A stretch of DNA of 64,000 bases from Octopus vulgaris (lineage: Eukaryota). Shown here one piece after another: positions 27,721 through 42,125 of this stretch; the first letter of the stretch is position 1; the number at the start of each line of letters is the position of its first letter. The notes beneath the pieces are model-generated. The model made no database searches. It was not told where the DNA came from and saw nothing but the letters and a program-made list of their open reading frames with translations. The translations under genes were made by a program, and so were the position numbers. The DNA is taken from assembly GCA_951406725.2 (NCBI GenBank), contig OX597830.1, forward strand, positions 42,718,001-42,782,000, given 5' to 3'.

Positions 27721-30234
27721 CTCCATCAAGCAAGAGCATGAAGCCAAGAAGCCAAGCCATTAAAAAACAGAATTTGCTAGGAATTACAGACAAATTCTCT
27801 TCATATCACTTCTTGTCATTGAATAAGGAAGGATTGATGAGAAAATGTGGCTCTGGGTAAACAGAACCTTGAATCAAAATGGCATTGTTCAAAGCGGGAA
27901 TACATTCTGATCATATGCTGCTTAATCAGTGCTAGCTTGTAATTAATCAACAACTGAAAAATAAAAGATAAAATCTGCAAAATCATTGTTTTGCATTACT
28001 CACTTTGTGACAAGTATCTATCATCCATTTCTTATATTTAAGCATTTTCTAGCTTTAGTTCTTAACTGATATTTTTAACCTACTCATACTGTATGGTATA
28101 TGTGTTTGGGAATGACCTACTTCACATTGCTGTAAGGATATAATTAATTCAAAATACTTCAGGAGCAGAAAATAGTTCAGTGTATAACTTCAAAGATTTT
28201 ACAAAGCTCATTTGAGATGCCTAGAAGTTCTCATATCTGGAAATTGGTTCTCATGTCTGGACATGTGTTGTTGCTGTGGTACATACAGACACCCTAGTCA
28301 GTACCCGAAGACTGGCCACCTAACTATTTGGAATGGGGTCACTCATCACGCACTCCAACCTCTGGTTCATTGCCATATTGTCTCCTCTGCCTGCTTTTCT
28401 ACTGCTACTGCAGTGGTCCCTGGTTGGTCTCATGCTGTCAACACTCCCAACACTCTCTCCTCTTCTCATCACCCATATTGTTTCTCAACATCCTGTGTTG
28501 CTGTAATTATGGAAATGAAAGATATTTTCAGCCCTTCATTTCTACAATTTTTTCAGACCTCTGAAATTCTCTCTCTACATATGTTTTCTGTAGCTATTGA
28601 CTTGCAACTGTTAAAATGGAATGTTAAATGCATTGACCTCAGATTCCAATTCTGATGACATGTAGTTATGTAAGGTTTGGTGTTTAACAAGTCGTTCCAT
28701 GTTCAACTTGTTGCATACAGCATCTCTCCTCCTCAAGAACTTCCTTCACAAATGAGCCATCAGTTTGCTTCCATACATTTCTTTTACTATGCTTTAGAGT
28801 GTGTGTATGTGTTTGCATTTGCTCTCAATGTTCATGATGTTATTGTTGTTTAATCCCGGGTCAACCCTGAGAGGACTAATCTTTGTTTGAAGGTCATTCT
28901 AATCATGGCCACCCCATCTTGTTTTCAGGGATTGCGAAAACACATCAATGTGCCCTTCCTTTTCAAAACTGTACCATGTAATTTGTGGGGGATTTTACTG
29001 TCGTTTGTATCAGATACGATGACCACATAGATACCCCATCATTTTGCTGTTTTGCTTCTAATATGGGTACCTGTGTTGTATAATGTATAGGGTCTGCTGT
29101 TGTTCTTTACACTTTACTGAAAGGATAGGTCAAACATAACATTATAAAGGAAAGAAAAACATTAAACATTTATACAGCACAGCTTATTATTTGCCAATCC
29201 AACAAGAGAGACTGATGGAACTGTGAGAGCAATAGATGAGATGCCTTGCATTATCTGTTACAGTGTTTTACATTGGGGTAGCAACACTGGCAATGACACT
29301 GCAACCAAGCTTTATCAGCCTTTGTCTTTGATATCATCAGTGACATGAAGAGAAGGGACTTGCTTGTATGGGTAACTGCTAGTCTAACACACACATGCAC
29401 TCTAAAATAGTATTATGTCCAAACCTGCCCCTTCTAGAGGAATTTTCCAGCTATAGAAAATGGTTAGCCATGACCAGAGTTGGCACTATAGACTGCTTAC
29501 AGTTACTAGTTGTTCCTAGCAATGGGACCACTTTACAGTTAGATGGATAAGTCATTTTGAAAGTTAAATATTTTGACCATATACAAAATAAAAAACCAGG
29601 CAAGAAAATGCCAACACTGTGAGCCTATGGAAATGTCTGTTTGCAAGAAGGTAATGATATGGTAAAAAAAATTTATTCTTTCTCTTTTCCTTGAAATTTA
29701 TGATTTTGACTCAAATGAGGGGCTACAAAAATGGTGGTATCTATAATTCCATTACCATCTTTAGATTGGTGAAACGAGAACAAATGTGGGGTACATAGTG
29801 AACTGGTTAACTTCATGAATTGGTACTTTATTATTAACAAAATAAAATAAAATTTAAAGCATAGTTATATCTTGCTTAGCACATAACCAAAGGGCTGTGA
29901 ATTAATGAATTAATTTTGTGTCTAATGTTGAGGACTTCTGAGCCACATTGCGGCATCCTGGTGCCATTCATTGCCCATAAACTAGTATGTTATCTTTTGA
30001 GACTTGTTGGTTTTCCAGGATTTTTATCAAACTTTTGCAAGTACTTCTGCTTGTATAACCAGAGTAATAGTATATATATATCCACTGGATCCAGTGTCTA
30101 TTTTCATTTTTGTTTTGTGTTTTCTTTCATGCAAATTCAAGCTTTGTCATTTTGCAACTCAACTCCATCCAGCAATTGCTAATCCCAGGGTTTTGTTCAT
30201 CGACATTCCCAAGGTCCCATCATTATTTCCCCAT

Positions 30235-31082
30235 CAGATTTGAAATGTTGGTACCACCATAGATTCAGCAAGTAAGCCTGCTACTGTGAGTCATTTGTTC
30301 TGTTTCAGAAGACTCTCCTTCCTTTCTAGGAAATGAGGTACTGAATATAAAGGGTGGCAAATGCAATTGGTTGTCATAAACAAAGTTGTGTTTTCTTCAT
30401 TAACGACTGCTCCACATGTACCCATCTTCTTGCCAACACACATACCAAAGTTGGCTTCATGCAGTTTGTATTTATACCCAGATTTTTCTTGTGAGGGAAT
30501 ATAACTAAATCCCTGTCAAGCCTGTGGATATCCCCAAAAGAGCAACCACCACACTTTTCAGATACCTTTTTATTCTACGTAACCCAATGCAGACATTCCA
30601 GCATATTATTGATACTGTGATATGTGTCTTTTGTTTTTTCTCTATGCAAGTAATTCCAAAGAAAAACATGAAGAGCACCTGAATTTGTTTTACTTACATT
30701 TGACTGAGTATGGGAGCCATTATTAACCCCAACAAGAGAGTTTTTTTTTTTTTATCATTCTTCAGGTACATTCATTGACAAGGAAGGAATCTGTCCACTC
30801 CTCGAGAAAGTGAAGTCCATTATAGATTTTCCAGAACTAACATCAGTGTGGAAACTAAGTGAATTTCTGGAACTGATACTTTCTATCAGAGATTTATTCC
30901 TCACTGTACAGAAATCAGCTTGACCACTCACAGACCTTGTTCAGCACTGAACAAAGAAGAACCAGCCAATAACTCTAAATGAAAATGAGTTTATCACTTT
31001 TTCTAAACTTAAGACATGTTGGCTGAGACTACAATACGGATTCATCCCAAATATGGTGCTCCTCTTAGTTTGTTGGTCGATG
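30235..31082 (+). mobile_element. Degenerate Ty3/Gypsy gag-pol relic
   Basis: Frameshifted fragments in gypsy order: CWYHHRF (gag knuckle); IPVKPVDIPK, RNPMQTFQHIID, EEHL, IDKEGICPLLEKVKSIIDFP and FYQRFIPHC (RT); LAETTIRIHPKYGAPLSLLVD (start of RNase H). Confidence 0.8.
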
Positions 31083-31497
31083 AATTGATAAAATATTTTA
31101 AAGTAATTGATAGCACCAGTACGTTTGAGATTAGCTCGAGACCATATTGTGTACCCTATGAAGAATGTAGTGAGCGAGAGACAGAGAGAGCGTATTTTAG
31201 GTATTGTGTAACAAGAGTGACAATAAAAAATGTCTTGTAATTGAATAAAAGTTGGATTGTAGACGTTTTAAGATGCTTTCAAATGCAAGGGAGGTAACTC
31301 TCAAAGAAAAGATTTCAATGAAATCCGTCCAAGCCAAGTAAATTCGTTCGTTTTTTCAGCATAATACAAATAGATTAAATAATGTTTCTCGTCCTTTAAA
31401 CCAAGGACATCAAAAATTACATGTATATGATACATTAAAAAATTTCTTTAAAGATAATCGTAAACAGTGATGAAAACCACAAAGATCCTTCAGCTGA

Positions 31498-31901
31498 ATT
31501 ATTAACCATCGTGCCAACATCCACCTTAAGCACCTTTTTGAACTCCATGTGTGTAACAGATGTGGGCATGCCTACAAAGTCAGAAAACAGCACAGTTCCC
31601 ATGACTTTCGGAAGCATTTTTTCACACTCAGAGTTGCTGAAGCATGGATCAAACCACCTGCATCAGTTGTTAGATACTGAGACACTGCATCCTTTAAAAA
31701 CCTACATGCTTTCTGAAATTCGCCAACACTACACCCAAAATCCCCCTCCATCCATACACATGCACACACGTATATCATGACTCATACACTGTTCACTTCC
31801 CTGATTTTTGTATATAATTCTATGTACTATACATGCACCTTTGATAAGCTGTAGTGCACCCGAGCACTATACACAATCATTTCATTGTTATTATTATTAT
31901 T
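31498..31901 (+). mobile_element. CR1 LINE 3' fragment
   Basis: Homologous to 10720-11115 and 61392-61780; ends in (ATT)n. Confidence 0.85.
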
Positions 31902-33036
31902 CTGTGTTTTTCCAGAAATATATCTTGACCAATGGTGGCTCATAGATAAAATTAGTAGTGGTGTTGTTTCAGAAAATTTTTAGCCGTTGTTTTAATTTTG
32001 TGTAAAAGGAAACAAACACATAAAATGAAAATTTATGCATAAACTTGATCAGTTCATGTTTTAGCCACTGCCAGGCAGTGTGGTTAATTTGCTCACTGAA
32101 CATTGCCATGAATTTCCCCTTGTTTCTCAAAAATACCCCCTAAATCACAAAATAAGGGTGGAAAATGTGCCCTATTTTTCAAATCCTGGCAGCAACACTG
32201 TAGCTGGAAGTAGGATAATAATCTAATTCTACGTTTTATCCCATTCAAGAATATAAACATGTTTTTAAGCACAACACACATGGAGTCAAAAAGATACACT
32301 ACCTTTCACCAGCACACCAGGGTTGGCACTGCTCGAACCACAGTGCTCTCTCTCCCTAGCATGTAGCTTCCTGTCTTGGACATGTGAGCATGTGCACAAC
32401 AGCCAAACACCTCTGTGAACCACACAGTTCTATACAAGGACTTTTATATTTTTTTCATAAACTGGAGGATGACTACTGACATTAAGCTTAAGGATTATAT
32501 AATGTACAAGCATAAAGAAAGAATTAAAGAAAAAAAGAACTCATTATATTGAATGTTATTGATAATATTGAGTGGAAATAGGGAGTGCTGCAGTTCTGCA
32601 GTGCCTATATATAAGCCACTGCTGATCTTAACTTTTCTTAAAGACAGTATGGTATAATTTTAAGAGCATGTATTTGCTAACTGGCTGAGTGATCACACAG
32701 AGGCCTTAGCATTAGCTTGTACTATCAAGCAGAAATGTCTGCAGGGAATATGGAAATGTGACGAAGTCCTTCCCAACAGCATTTGGACTGACAAAGTCAA
32801 AAGAGTGAAAAAAATAATACTTCAGCTAATGTTCTACTATTTCTGCCAACTTTTCATCTTTAATTTACTGATTGAGAGCAGTGGATTGGCCGAATCATTG
32901 AAGCATCAGAAAAAAATGCCACACAGAATTTATTCCAGTGCTTTATGTCCTGTGTTCAAATCCTATCAAAGTTAACTTTGGTTTTCATCTTCTCAGTGTC
33001 GATAAAATAAATGACCATCTGGTCAAGTACACTTAT

Positions 33037-33845
33037 GGTTGCCAGACGTCCCTTATATATGAGACATTCCATATTTGATAGTTTTGTCCCTTGCCCCATA
33101 CTGACCTTTTAGGGATACCCCAAATGTCCTGTATTTAGCTCATTTTCGAATCTTGTAGTAAAAATATATTTTTACTATCTTCTTATGGTCCTTGGTTGTA
33201 ACTTTATGAGTAATTATGCTTTCTTTTTTCATATTTTCTTGATGAAAATAACCTAAATGTAATGAAGAAATGTGCTGCAAGAAGTTTACACAAAACTGAC
33301 GTTTTTGCAACTTGATAATGTCAGCAAAGTGTGTTGTTACTACTTGCCATGGCCCACTTTCTTTCTAATTTAAAAACTAATCCATCCAGCCCAAGATGCC
33401 AAAATGTAAGTGTAAATTTCGAGATGAATATTCCAGCGAATGGACATTTATCAAACAAAGCAGAAGTTGTTTTGAAGCAAACAGTGGTGTATGTAATTTC
33501 CGTTTCTGTATTGAACATGACGGGAAGTCTGATATCAAGCAACACATAGAAAGAGCAAAGCACGAAAGTAGTATTGCCTTTATTTCAAAAGAAGCTGGTA
33601 AACTAACAAGCTTCTTGATCAAGAAAAATGCAGATGACATTTTATACTGAAATCTTTTTTTCGATTCTGAAGAAAATGTTCCCCCAAATTCTTGTAGAAT
33701 TCTTCAATAATCCACTGAGCGAAGCCTACTTATATCTTGTCAACAGTTTTGAATATGTTTTTAGCAACAGCATTATGAAGAGAGAAAACAGCTTTATTGA
33801 AGTGCTTGGCTGTTTAAAAGAACTCGTTGCACAACCAAGGGCTTA
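33037..33845 (+). mobile_element. Internally deleted hAT-like transposon relic
   Basis: Terminus ggttgccagacgtccc; ORF 33396-33650 MPKCKCKF...FIK...C...F.I.HDGKSDIKQHIERAKH resembles a hAT N-terminal zinc finger; followed by a more C-terminal fragment (EFFNNPLSEAYLY). Confidence 0.65.
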
Positions 33846-34739
33846 AAGAAGCCCTTATAACTGAAGGAGAATAGCAGAGAGTGGATGTGATGATTCTAGG
33901 AGCAGTGATAAGAGCTATTAAAGTGTAAAAAAGGGAACATATTGATAGCTGTGACAAGATGACAGTGATATGGTAACAATGTAGACACATGTGGGGAAGG
34001 AGTGTGAACAGGACAGGGATTAGTGTCTGGGGGTACAGAGGAACAAAAGAACAGAGTGCTAAGGGTGATAAAGTGCACTGTGTAATGGGTTCTAAGATCA
34101 ACCCACTTTATAAGGGTGAATATAAATAGGTGTGAGAGAAAGGGCACATGAAAGAGAGGTGGACAAATATTGTGAGGACCCAGAGAGAGTCAGAGAAAAA
34201 GAGACAGATGTGTGTGTGTGAGGGGGAGGGCTTAGGAGTAGAGTGAAGATGGAGAGATGAGTGTTGAGGTGGTAGAGAAGAAAGGGGTGGACAGTGAGAG
34301 AAAACAAGGATAAGCTGTGAGTGCAATGGGATCAGGGAAGGAATGAAATACTGCAAGGTGCCATAGAGACAGCAGTGTATGTTTGAGGGGAAACAGACTT
34401 TGAATGCAGGTAAGGTAATCCAAGTGAAAAGACTGTGAGGAGAGGGCAGTGAGAGGAAAATGTGGTGGGATATCTGTGAAAGAAAGAAAGACTAGTGAGC
34501 ATTCTAGAGGTGAGGGGGAATAGAAGGTGAAGGTAGCAAGAAGCTTGAAATATGAAGAGGTTGGAAGGAGGAGAGCATCATAGAAATGTAGTAAGTACAG
34601 GGGCCTGAATGCAATAAAAGTGTACTAGATAGAGATGCAGAGGAGAGAGGACAATGAAGATAATGCAGGAGAGGAACAATGAGGAATTGCAGCAATCAAC
34701 ACACCCCTCTATACTGTGGAGGGAGTTGAATACCATCTT

Positions 34740-36010
34740 ACTTCATAAAAAGTGTGATAAAAAAGATTTTTAAAAAACTATTACCTGCTCTCATCTCTAT
34801 AAGCTGTTTACAAAAGTCATAGTCATCAAACTATCAAAACACCTTAACAACCACCAGCCAAGAAAGAAAGAAAGTTTTCTTTAAAAACTATATTACAGTA
34901 GATCACATATTCACTTTGACACAGCTCATAGAACATGCAAATGAATGCAAGCTTCCTTTGTTTATCACTTCTGTTGATTTCAAAAAGGCTTTTGAGAGCA
35001 TCAAAATGAATGCAGTGTTGAAATCCTTGGAAATGCAAGGTGTTGAGACACAATACATCAAATTGCTCAGCGATACAAGCTCTGGATGTATAACAGACAT
35101 AACTCTGCTTCATGACTGGTAAAGTCTCCAGCTGAGAAAGGTATCAAGCAAGGAGACACTATCCCTCCAAAGCTCTTTACTGCATGTCTAGAAATGTTCA
35201 TTAAGGATATTGACTGGACTGGTAGTGTGAACATCAATGGTGAGCAATTAACATATCTCCAATTCACAGATGATATTGTACTCATTGCTGAAACCATGAA
35301 CCAGCTGCAGACCATGCCGGCAGAGGTGGACACTCAGACGTTAGGAATAGATCTTAAAATGAACCACATGGAAACAAAATATATGCTGTCAGAAGACATA
35401 GCATAGGGCTGAATAGAGGTGGAAGTGATGACTTCAAGGAGATGAAGGGGTACATCTACTTAGGGCACACTGTGAATATACACTGAGATCTGATGATGAA
35501 ACCTCACAGAGAATGGAGGGCATTTGACTCCATAAAGGATGTGTTCCAAACAAAGCTAGACAATGCTACATGTGCCAGACTCTTAAACAACTTCATCCTA
35601 CCTGTGCTCTTATATAGATGTGAGATGTGAGCCACTGTGAAGAGGGTAGAACTTTGATTGGCTAAGACTGAAAGGGCTATGGGAAAATTCATGTTAGGAG
35701 TATCATTGAGGGAGCACCTTCAAGATGAAATAATTTGGGAATGGAGTGGAGCGAATGATGTGATTGCATATAGCCAAAAGCACAAGTTCTACTGGGCTGG
35801 ACATGTTGCAAGGTTTATAGACAACAAGTGGACCCATGCAATTACGGAGATGTATCCAAGTGATCAGAAAAGGCCACTTGGAAGGTTTCTACAATAATGG
35901 GGAGACAATTTAGGCAAGCAATTTGGGTCAAGATGGAAAAGAATGTGTAATCAATACAGAATTGGAAGGGCATTGTCACCAGTGGTGTATAACAGCATCT
36001 GATGGTCTGA
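34740..36010 (+). mobile_element. Degenerate RTE-clade LINE RT region (different family)
   Basis: DHIFTLTQLIEHANECKLPLFITSVDFKKAFES, GIKQGDTIPPKLF, LQFTDDIVLIA, WAGHVAR, KRPLGR; contains stops and frameshifts. Confidence 0.88.
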
Positions 36011-36074
36011 TTGATACTGTGATACACACATACATACATACATATATACATACATACATACATACATACATACA

Positions 36075-36105
<31 letters not shown>

Positions 36106-36150
36106 GTACGTACGTACGTACATACATACATACATGTGTACGTAAGTACA

Positions 36151-36182
<32 letters not shown>

Positions 36183-36523
36183 CACACACATATATATATA
36201 TATATGCATATACATTTCCTACATATGCAAGCTTGTTCTTTCAGGTGCTGGTGCCACTTAAAAAGCACCTGTGCTGGTGTTGTGTTAATGCATCCATGCC
36301 AGTGCTGCTTAAACACACTTGTGCTGGTGGCATGTAAACAGTACCCAGTACACTCTGTTAAGTGGTTGGCATCAGGAAAGGCATCCAGCCATAGAAACAA
36401 TGCCATGATGGACAGTTGGAGTCTGGATAGCTCTCTGTTAGCCAGCTTCATGTCAAATAGTCCAACCCATGCCAGCATGATAATCGGATGTTAAATGATG
36501 ATGATGTACAGATATACATAGAA

Positions 36524-36598
<75 letters not shown>

Positions 36599-36995
36599 AA
36601 AGAGAGAGAGAGAGTGAGAAAGAGAGGGTGAGAGAGATGAATAGTTATATTGAGATGGAGTAAGGGTTAAGGAAGGTTAAAAATCAATATGCACATCTTG
36701 TATTTACAAAACGATATTATTACAAAATTTTGTTATTTAATATGGCAAATAAAAAGATGCACAGAAGGTTCTAGATTAAATGAAAAAAAAACACAAGTGA
36801 AAACAAATCATTATGCCTAATTTTGTATTCACAGATTAATAACAAGCAGGAAGAGAAAACGCCAGATTAAAAAGATACATTTTCCCCTTCTCTTTTTAAA
36901 TCAATACGCCTAGTTTTGTATTCACAGATCAATAACCTGTAGGAAGAGAAGTCACCAGATTGAAATGATACTTTTGTTCTTCCTGTTTTTAACTA

Positions 36996-37042
36996 ATGAC
37001 ACCAATGTCAAAGATAATAATGAGAAAGTCTCAGATATGCAG
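36996..37042 (+). CDS. Probable first coding exon of the galactose-3-O-sulfotransferase gene
   Basis: ATG at 36996, MTPMSKIIMRKSQIC+AG, then consensus donor CAG|GTAAGT. Phase 2 matches the acceptor at 52710. Preceded by acceptor ttttgtattcacag (36927). Gives a basic cytoplasmic tail before the TM segment, as expected for a type II Golgi enzyme. The linkage is inferred. Confidence 0.65.
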
Positions 37043-39475
37043 GTAAGTCTTCTTCAATTTCTTCTAATACAAAAGAAAACTTTGCTTCCTTATTTTATCA
37101 TTAAACAAGTTATATGAAAGTTGTGAAAGGTGTTAATAATGGCTGAGAGGTAGTAAAGGGTCTTGACTAAAACTATTACAGCTTTTAGTTTTCTGCCTAT
37201 AAGATCTGAGATCAAAGTCTGTAAGAGGGCTCTTTTGCTATTTCTAGTCCATTGAGAGCTGTTGGTGTTGTGAATGTGGTGAACTGGCAAAACTGTTAAA
37301 AATGGCTTGTGGATATTTGTTTTGGTTCTCTGCACTCTGAGTTCAAATCCAGGTGATGCTAACTTTTTAGCTTTTCATCCTTTCAGAGTTGATAAATAAA
37401 GCATCTGTCCAAGGCAATAGATTGGCAGTATTTTTAGAGCCACTAACAAGATGCTTTGCAGTATCTATTCTCAGTCAATATTCTGGGTTTTAACAATTCT
37501 TGCCAAGACAATTATTATAGAGAAATAACCTCTTCAAGTTGGACTAAGACACCAAAAAAAAAAAAAAAAAATACAAAACAAAACAAAAAAAATACAAAAC
37601 AAAACAAAAAAGGTACCAAACTCCAAAGAGTTTATATACTTATAATCTAAGGGCATAAAGTGCTTAATAACTATGATGATACTGATGATGATGATGATGA
37701 TGACCCCTTTAGTCTCAAACTTGTTAACTCAAATTTGCTGTACTGTTTTCTGACTGCTGTCATTTAATCCATTTACTTTTGCATTATTGGCATTTTTCTC
37801 TTGGGATTCTTCATTGGCATTTTGACATTTTGGTGCAATTTACTTTTTGTCAATTTATAAAACTTCCTTAATACTTTTTGGAAAATTTTCAATTATTAAA
37901 AGAAGTTTTCATGTTTTTTTAGTTTTGTTTCAATATCAATTATTTTTTGGCTGTAAAGCGTGTTGCTTGTAAAAATAGTGAAGTCAGATCAGGAAGATAT
38001 TGCTACTGGTATCACGTAACCCAGTGCTACCTGTTTCATGGTTGGATGGTCAGGGATTATACTGGTCCCAGCAACTGGCTTGTCAGGTGAGGAGGATGTT
38101 GTGGACACTGCAAGGTTAAAACCAGGACCTCTCAAAGGGAGGATAAGCTCATTGTGAGCCAATGACCATCCATACAAGTGGTGTCACAAAAACATTGTGT
38201 ACACGGGCTAGCAGACTGAGTAGACAGGCCAAGACTGTAGCCATGAAAACTCCACTAAAAGACATACTGTGCTTTTAAGTTGGAGTTGGTGTCAATGAGT
38301 GATGGGGCATAGAGTAAGACAAAGAAGTAGAAATAGTAGACTAACAGGAATGGTAATATTTTAACAAAGTGTACCTGGAAAAGGTACCAGAAAATAAGCA
38401 CTGGAAGCTTAAAAATATTGCAGCTGAAGCTGGAATTGAATTTTAAAAAGTGTTTTTAGTTTTATTTTATATAAATGCTTGCCTTTTCATTAGATTCTAA
38501 CTTCTCCAATGAAGAAAATTCTCTAAGGAACTTTCTGTATTTGCTCCCCATAAAGGTTTGAAGCTTTCATACATTATAGAGATGCAGTCTGTCTTTCAAA
38601 ATTTCAAAATGCTTAGCTACCTTCATGTTATGTTATTGCCATGATTGTTGAGTTGATATTTAGATATGAAGAAATATAATCTCTTCTATTTGAGAAGAAT
38701 AACTAAGATACATTTTAATTTACTTAGTAACAGTCAAATAGGCAGCTGAAAAATAATAAGAAATAAATGGTGTGGTGAAAATTGAAAAATGAAAATATAT
38801 TCCCATGGAACTCTGGAAATCCCACACTTTGGAGCTCTTGATAACCATAAAATCCCACTTCCCAGCACTCACGTCTTCTCTAGAGCTTGGCCTAAAAACT
38901 AACTTTTAATTTATCTTCTTCAGGCTCAGCATAAACCGTTCCATATGATTTCAGGTAGACATTCACATGAAACTGTGCTAAGGTGGAGAAAAAATAGCCC
39001 TTCAAATTTAGACATGCTGCTTCAGATTTAGCAATATGTTACTTAAGCATGCACTAGTCTCTTGTTAAATCTTTTCCATACTTTCTCATCTGAAGCCTGT
39101 TCATAAAGCATATTAAATTCAAATTCTATCATCAACTGCAATATTCTTAAGATTCAACTTCTATTCCTGTACTTTCTCAAATTCAGTTAATTAAGAATAT
39201 TATTAATCCAGCACCTAAACATTTTGCTGCAGTACACATGCATGCACGCATGCGCATATGTATGCAGGGTCCTCGTTTGCCAATAAATGATGATTCTTAA
39301 AGGAGCATGTTAGTATTGCTTCTGGTGCCTTTCCCAGACCCTATCACATAAGTAAAATTTTATGCTAAATAAATTTTATATATTCAAATGAAGTTCAGAT
39401 ATAAAAAAATAAGTTTAAAAAGAATTTATTATATCAAATAAACAAAAAATAAAACATAGACGTTTGAATAAAAAC

Positions 39476-40014
39476 TGTAACGAACTTTGTGTGTGTGAGA
39501 GATAGCAATCAATTTCCGTTGCTTTAATAATCCAGAATTCTACCCGTCAGAAACAAACAAGACGCAAATGTAAAATATATATAACTACTTTATTCTCTTA
39601 TGGTGAGAGATCAGTGGTATATCTGATATCCTTGGTTCTGGGCGCGCAAGGCTGAAAGTTAATCGATTGTAATATTTACAATGTTCAGCCGCTAAAAACA
39701 GAATGGGTTAAAGATGGCGTCCGGAACAGGGAAGATGATGTGGTCGGCAACAATTTGGTTAAAAGCTTTCGGCCGACTGCTGCTAGAATCAAATTCGGAC
39801 AGAGAGAAAATATACGTGACCGTTGCCTTCGATAGCCATGTCTCAAGTCGCTGCTTGCTGGACGCTGATGGTCAACGTCTTACGATCCCCTTGCCTCGGC
39901 TAACTGCTACGTAGGCAAAAGGGTTCTTCTTCCGGTGGTGAAAGCACCAACCCCGCACGCGCGAAATGCAAATGGACGCTGCGCGAGCGCGCGCCGTTGT
40001 ATAGGATCACTACA
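39476..40014 (-). mobile_element. Solo LTR (Gypsy-like)
   Basis: TGTAAC...CACTACA termini with 4-bp TSD aaac/aaac; AATAAA on the minus strand; homologous to 43861-44466. Confidence 0.8.
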
Positions 40015-40276
40015 AAACTATAAAGTAAATTTACTGTCTCTTAGAATTTTGCAAATGTATTATATCTCGCATCATTGCTGTCAAAAAATGATTTCCACAA
40101 CAGAACATATCTTTTCCTTGTGGTCCCACACAACAATATCTGGCCAGTTGTGTTTTAGTTTTGTGGCTGTTTTAATTTTGAAGTTCCACTAATATTCTTT
40201 TAACCCATCTGTCTCAATATAATAAACTTTGTCTGTAGGTGTTTTCTATGTGTGTGACTGTTAATCTGTGTGAGTG

Positions 40277-40880
40277 TCTGTCATTATTCAGTTTTATTTC
40301 AAGATTTCTTGCCAATAGTGAAAGAGCTGGTTTCTAAACTAGATCCAAGGTTCCTTCATTGGAATTACAATAACATCAACAGGATATTTTTGCATGTTTT
40401 TGTGTGTATATGCAGTATTTGGATTTAGTGTATGTACAGATTTATATGTTATGTTTTATGTATGCACTCTCATGCATATAGCTGCATGTCTTGACATGTG
40501 CATATACACTTAAGTGATAAACTTCGAGAAAGTTTTACAGCTTTTTACAGTTCCAGTGATGGCTTGAATCTATAGTTTTGGAATCAGCTTTCTCTTTTCA
40601 GGTTTTGAGAAGTTTAATTTCTCAAGATTGGAACTTAAGCAGTGTGTACCCCAATAATTACAGATATAAACCTGAATCTGTAATCTGGGTAGAATGTATG
40701 TATGTATATATGTCATTATTCAGATAATTTCAAGAATTCTTGCCAATAGAGAAAGAACTGGTTTCTAACCTAGATCCAAGGTTCCTTCATTGAAATTTCA
40801 ACATCAACAACAGGGTATTTTTGTATGTATGCATGTATGTGCAGATTTGTATGTTTTATGTATATTCTCATGCATATAGT
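40277..40880 (-). mobile_element. Partial-tandem pseudo-LTR remnants of a Penelope-like family
   Basis: Unit tgtcattattcag...tttcaagatttcttgccaatag restarts at about 40711; the same sequence ends the PLE relic at 50437; degenerate hammerhead-like motif on the minus strand. Confidence 0.6.
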
Positions 40881-40924
40881 TGTGTATGTACATACACACA
40901 CACACACTCGTGCACATACATACA

Positions 40925-40959
<35 letters not shown>

Positions 40960-40967
40960 GCATATAC

Positions 40968-41038
<71 letters not shown>

Positions 41039-41044
<6 letters not shown>

Positions 41045-42125
41045 CTGGCAGTGTCAGCTATAGCCTAGTCACCCATATTGTTAACCAGGTGATACTTGAA
41101 GGAGTCATACCCAATGACTGGTGTAGCAGCACCATAGTCAACTGCTACAAAGGTAAAGGTGATGCTTTAGATAGAAATAACTACAGAAGCATCAAGTTGT
41201 TGGATCAGGTAATGAAGGTCACGGAGAGAGTCATAGTCCAACTAATTAAGGAGAGAGTCAGTTGAGATGAGATGCAGTTTGGGTTCATGCCATGGAAAAG
41301 CACCACTGATGCTACACTTCTCGTATGACAGCTGCAGGAGAAATACCTAGCCAAAGATAAATCTCTGTACCTGGCTTTCGTTGACATGGAGAAAGCCTTT
41401 GACAGGGTCCCCCATGACCTTCGAATCTTAGGCCTCACTGAGGCAATGACTAGTGACCGAGATCTTTGGAAATATGCTGTGCTTGAGAAGACCCAGCAAG
41501 CCAAGTGAGACTATAACCTGTGGCCTATGCCAGGGGTGTAACCAGCCCACTTATGCATACCTTTCCTTCATTGGACACTAAACTCTGCTTGCGAAGACCT
41601 GTTGAGGCAAGTGAGATCGAAATCGAAATCAAATTCGATGACAGTACTGCATGACTGGCATCCATACTAATGGAGCGCTAAGAGCACCATCTGAGCGTGA
41701 TCATTGCCCAAGCAGCTGACTGGCTCCCATGCCGGTGGCACATAAAAAGCACCATTCGAGTGTGATCGTTACCAGCATCACCTTGCTGGCATGTGAAAAA
41801 CATTTGAGCGAGGTCATTGCCAGTGCTGCTGGACTGGCTCCTGTGCAGGTAGCATGTAAAAATCACTATTTGAGCGTGGCCATTGCCAGTACCGCCTGAC
41901 TAGCCCTCATGCAAGTGGCACATAAAAGCACCCACTACACTCTCAGAGTGGTTAGTGTTGGGAAGGGCATCCAGCTGTAGAAACTCTGCCAGATCAGATT
42001 GGAGCCTGGTTTGCCTTCTGGTTTGCCTTCTGGTTTGCCTCAGTCAAATCGTCCAACCCATGCTAGCATGGAAAGCAGACGTTAAACGATGATGATGATA
42101 ATGATGATGATGATGATGATGATGA
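41039..42125 (+). mobile_element. RTE-clade LINE, truncated and internally deleted
   Basis: IPNDW.SSTIVNCYKGKGDALDRNNYR.IKLL, MQFGFMP, YLAFVDMEKAFDRVP joined directly to the ORF C-terminus, then 3' UTR and (GAT)n. Confidence 0.9.

Noticed and set aside
33880-34700. Purine-rich stretch with several minus-strand ORFs
   Set aside because: Low-complexity GA bias explains the open frames; probably an old repeat that I cannot classify
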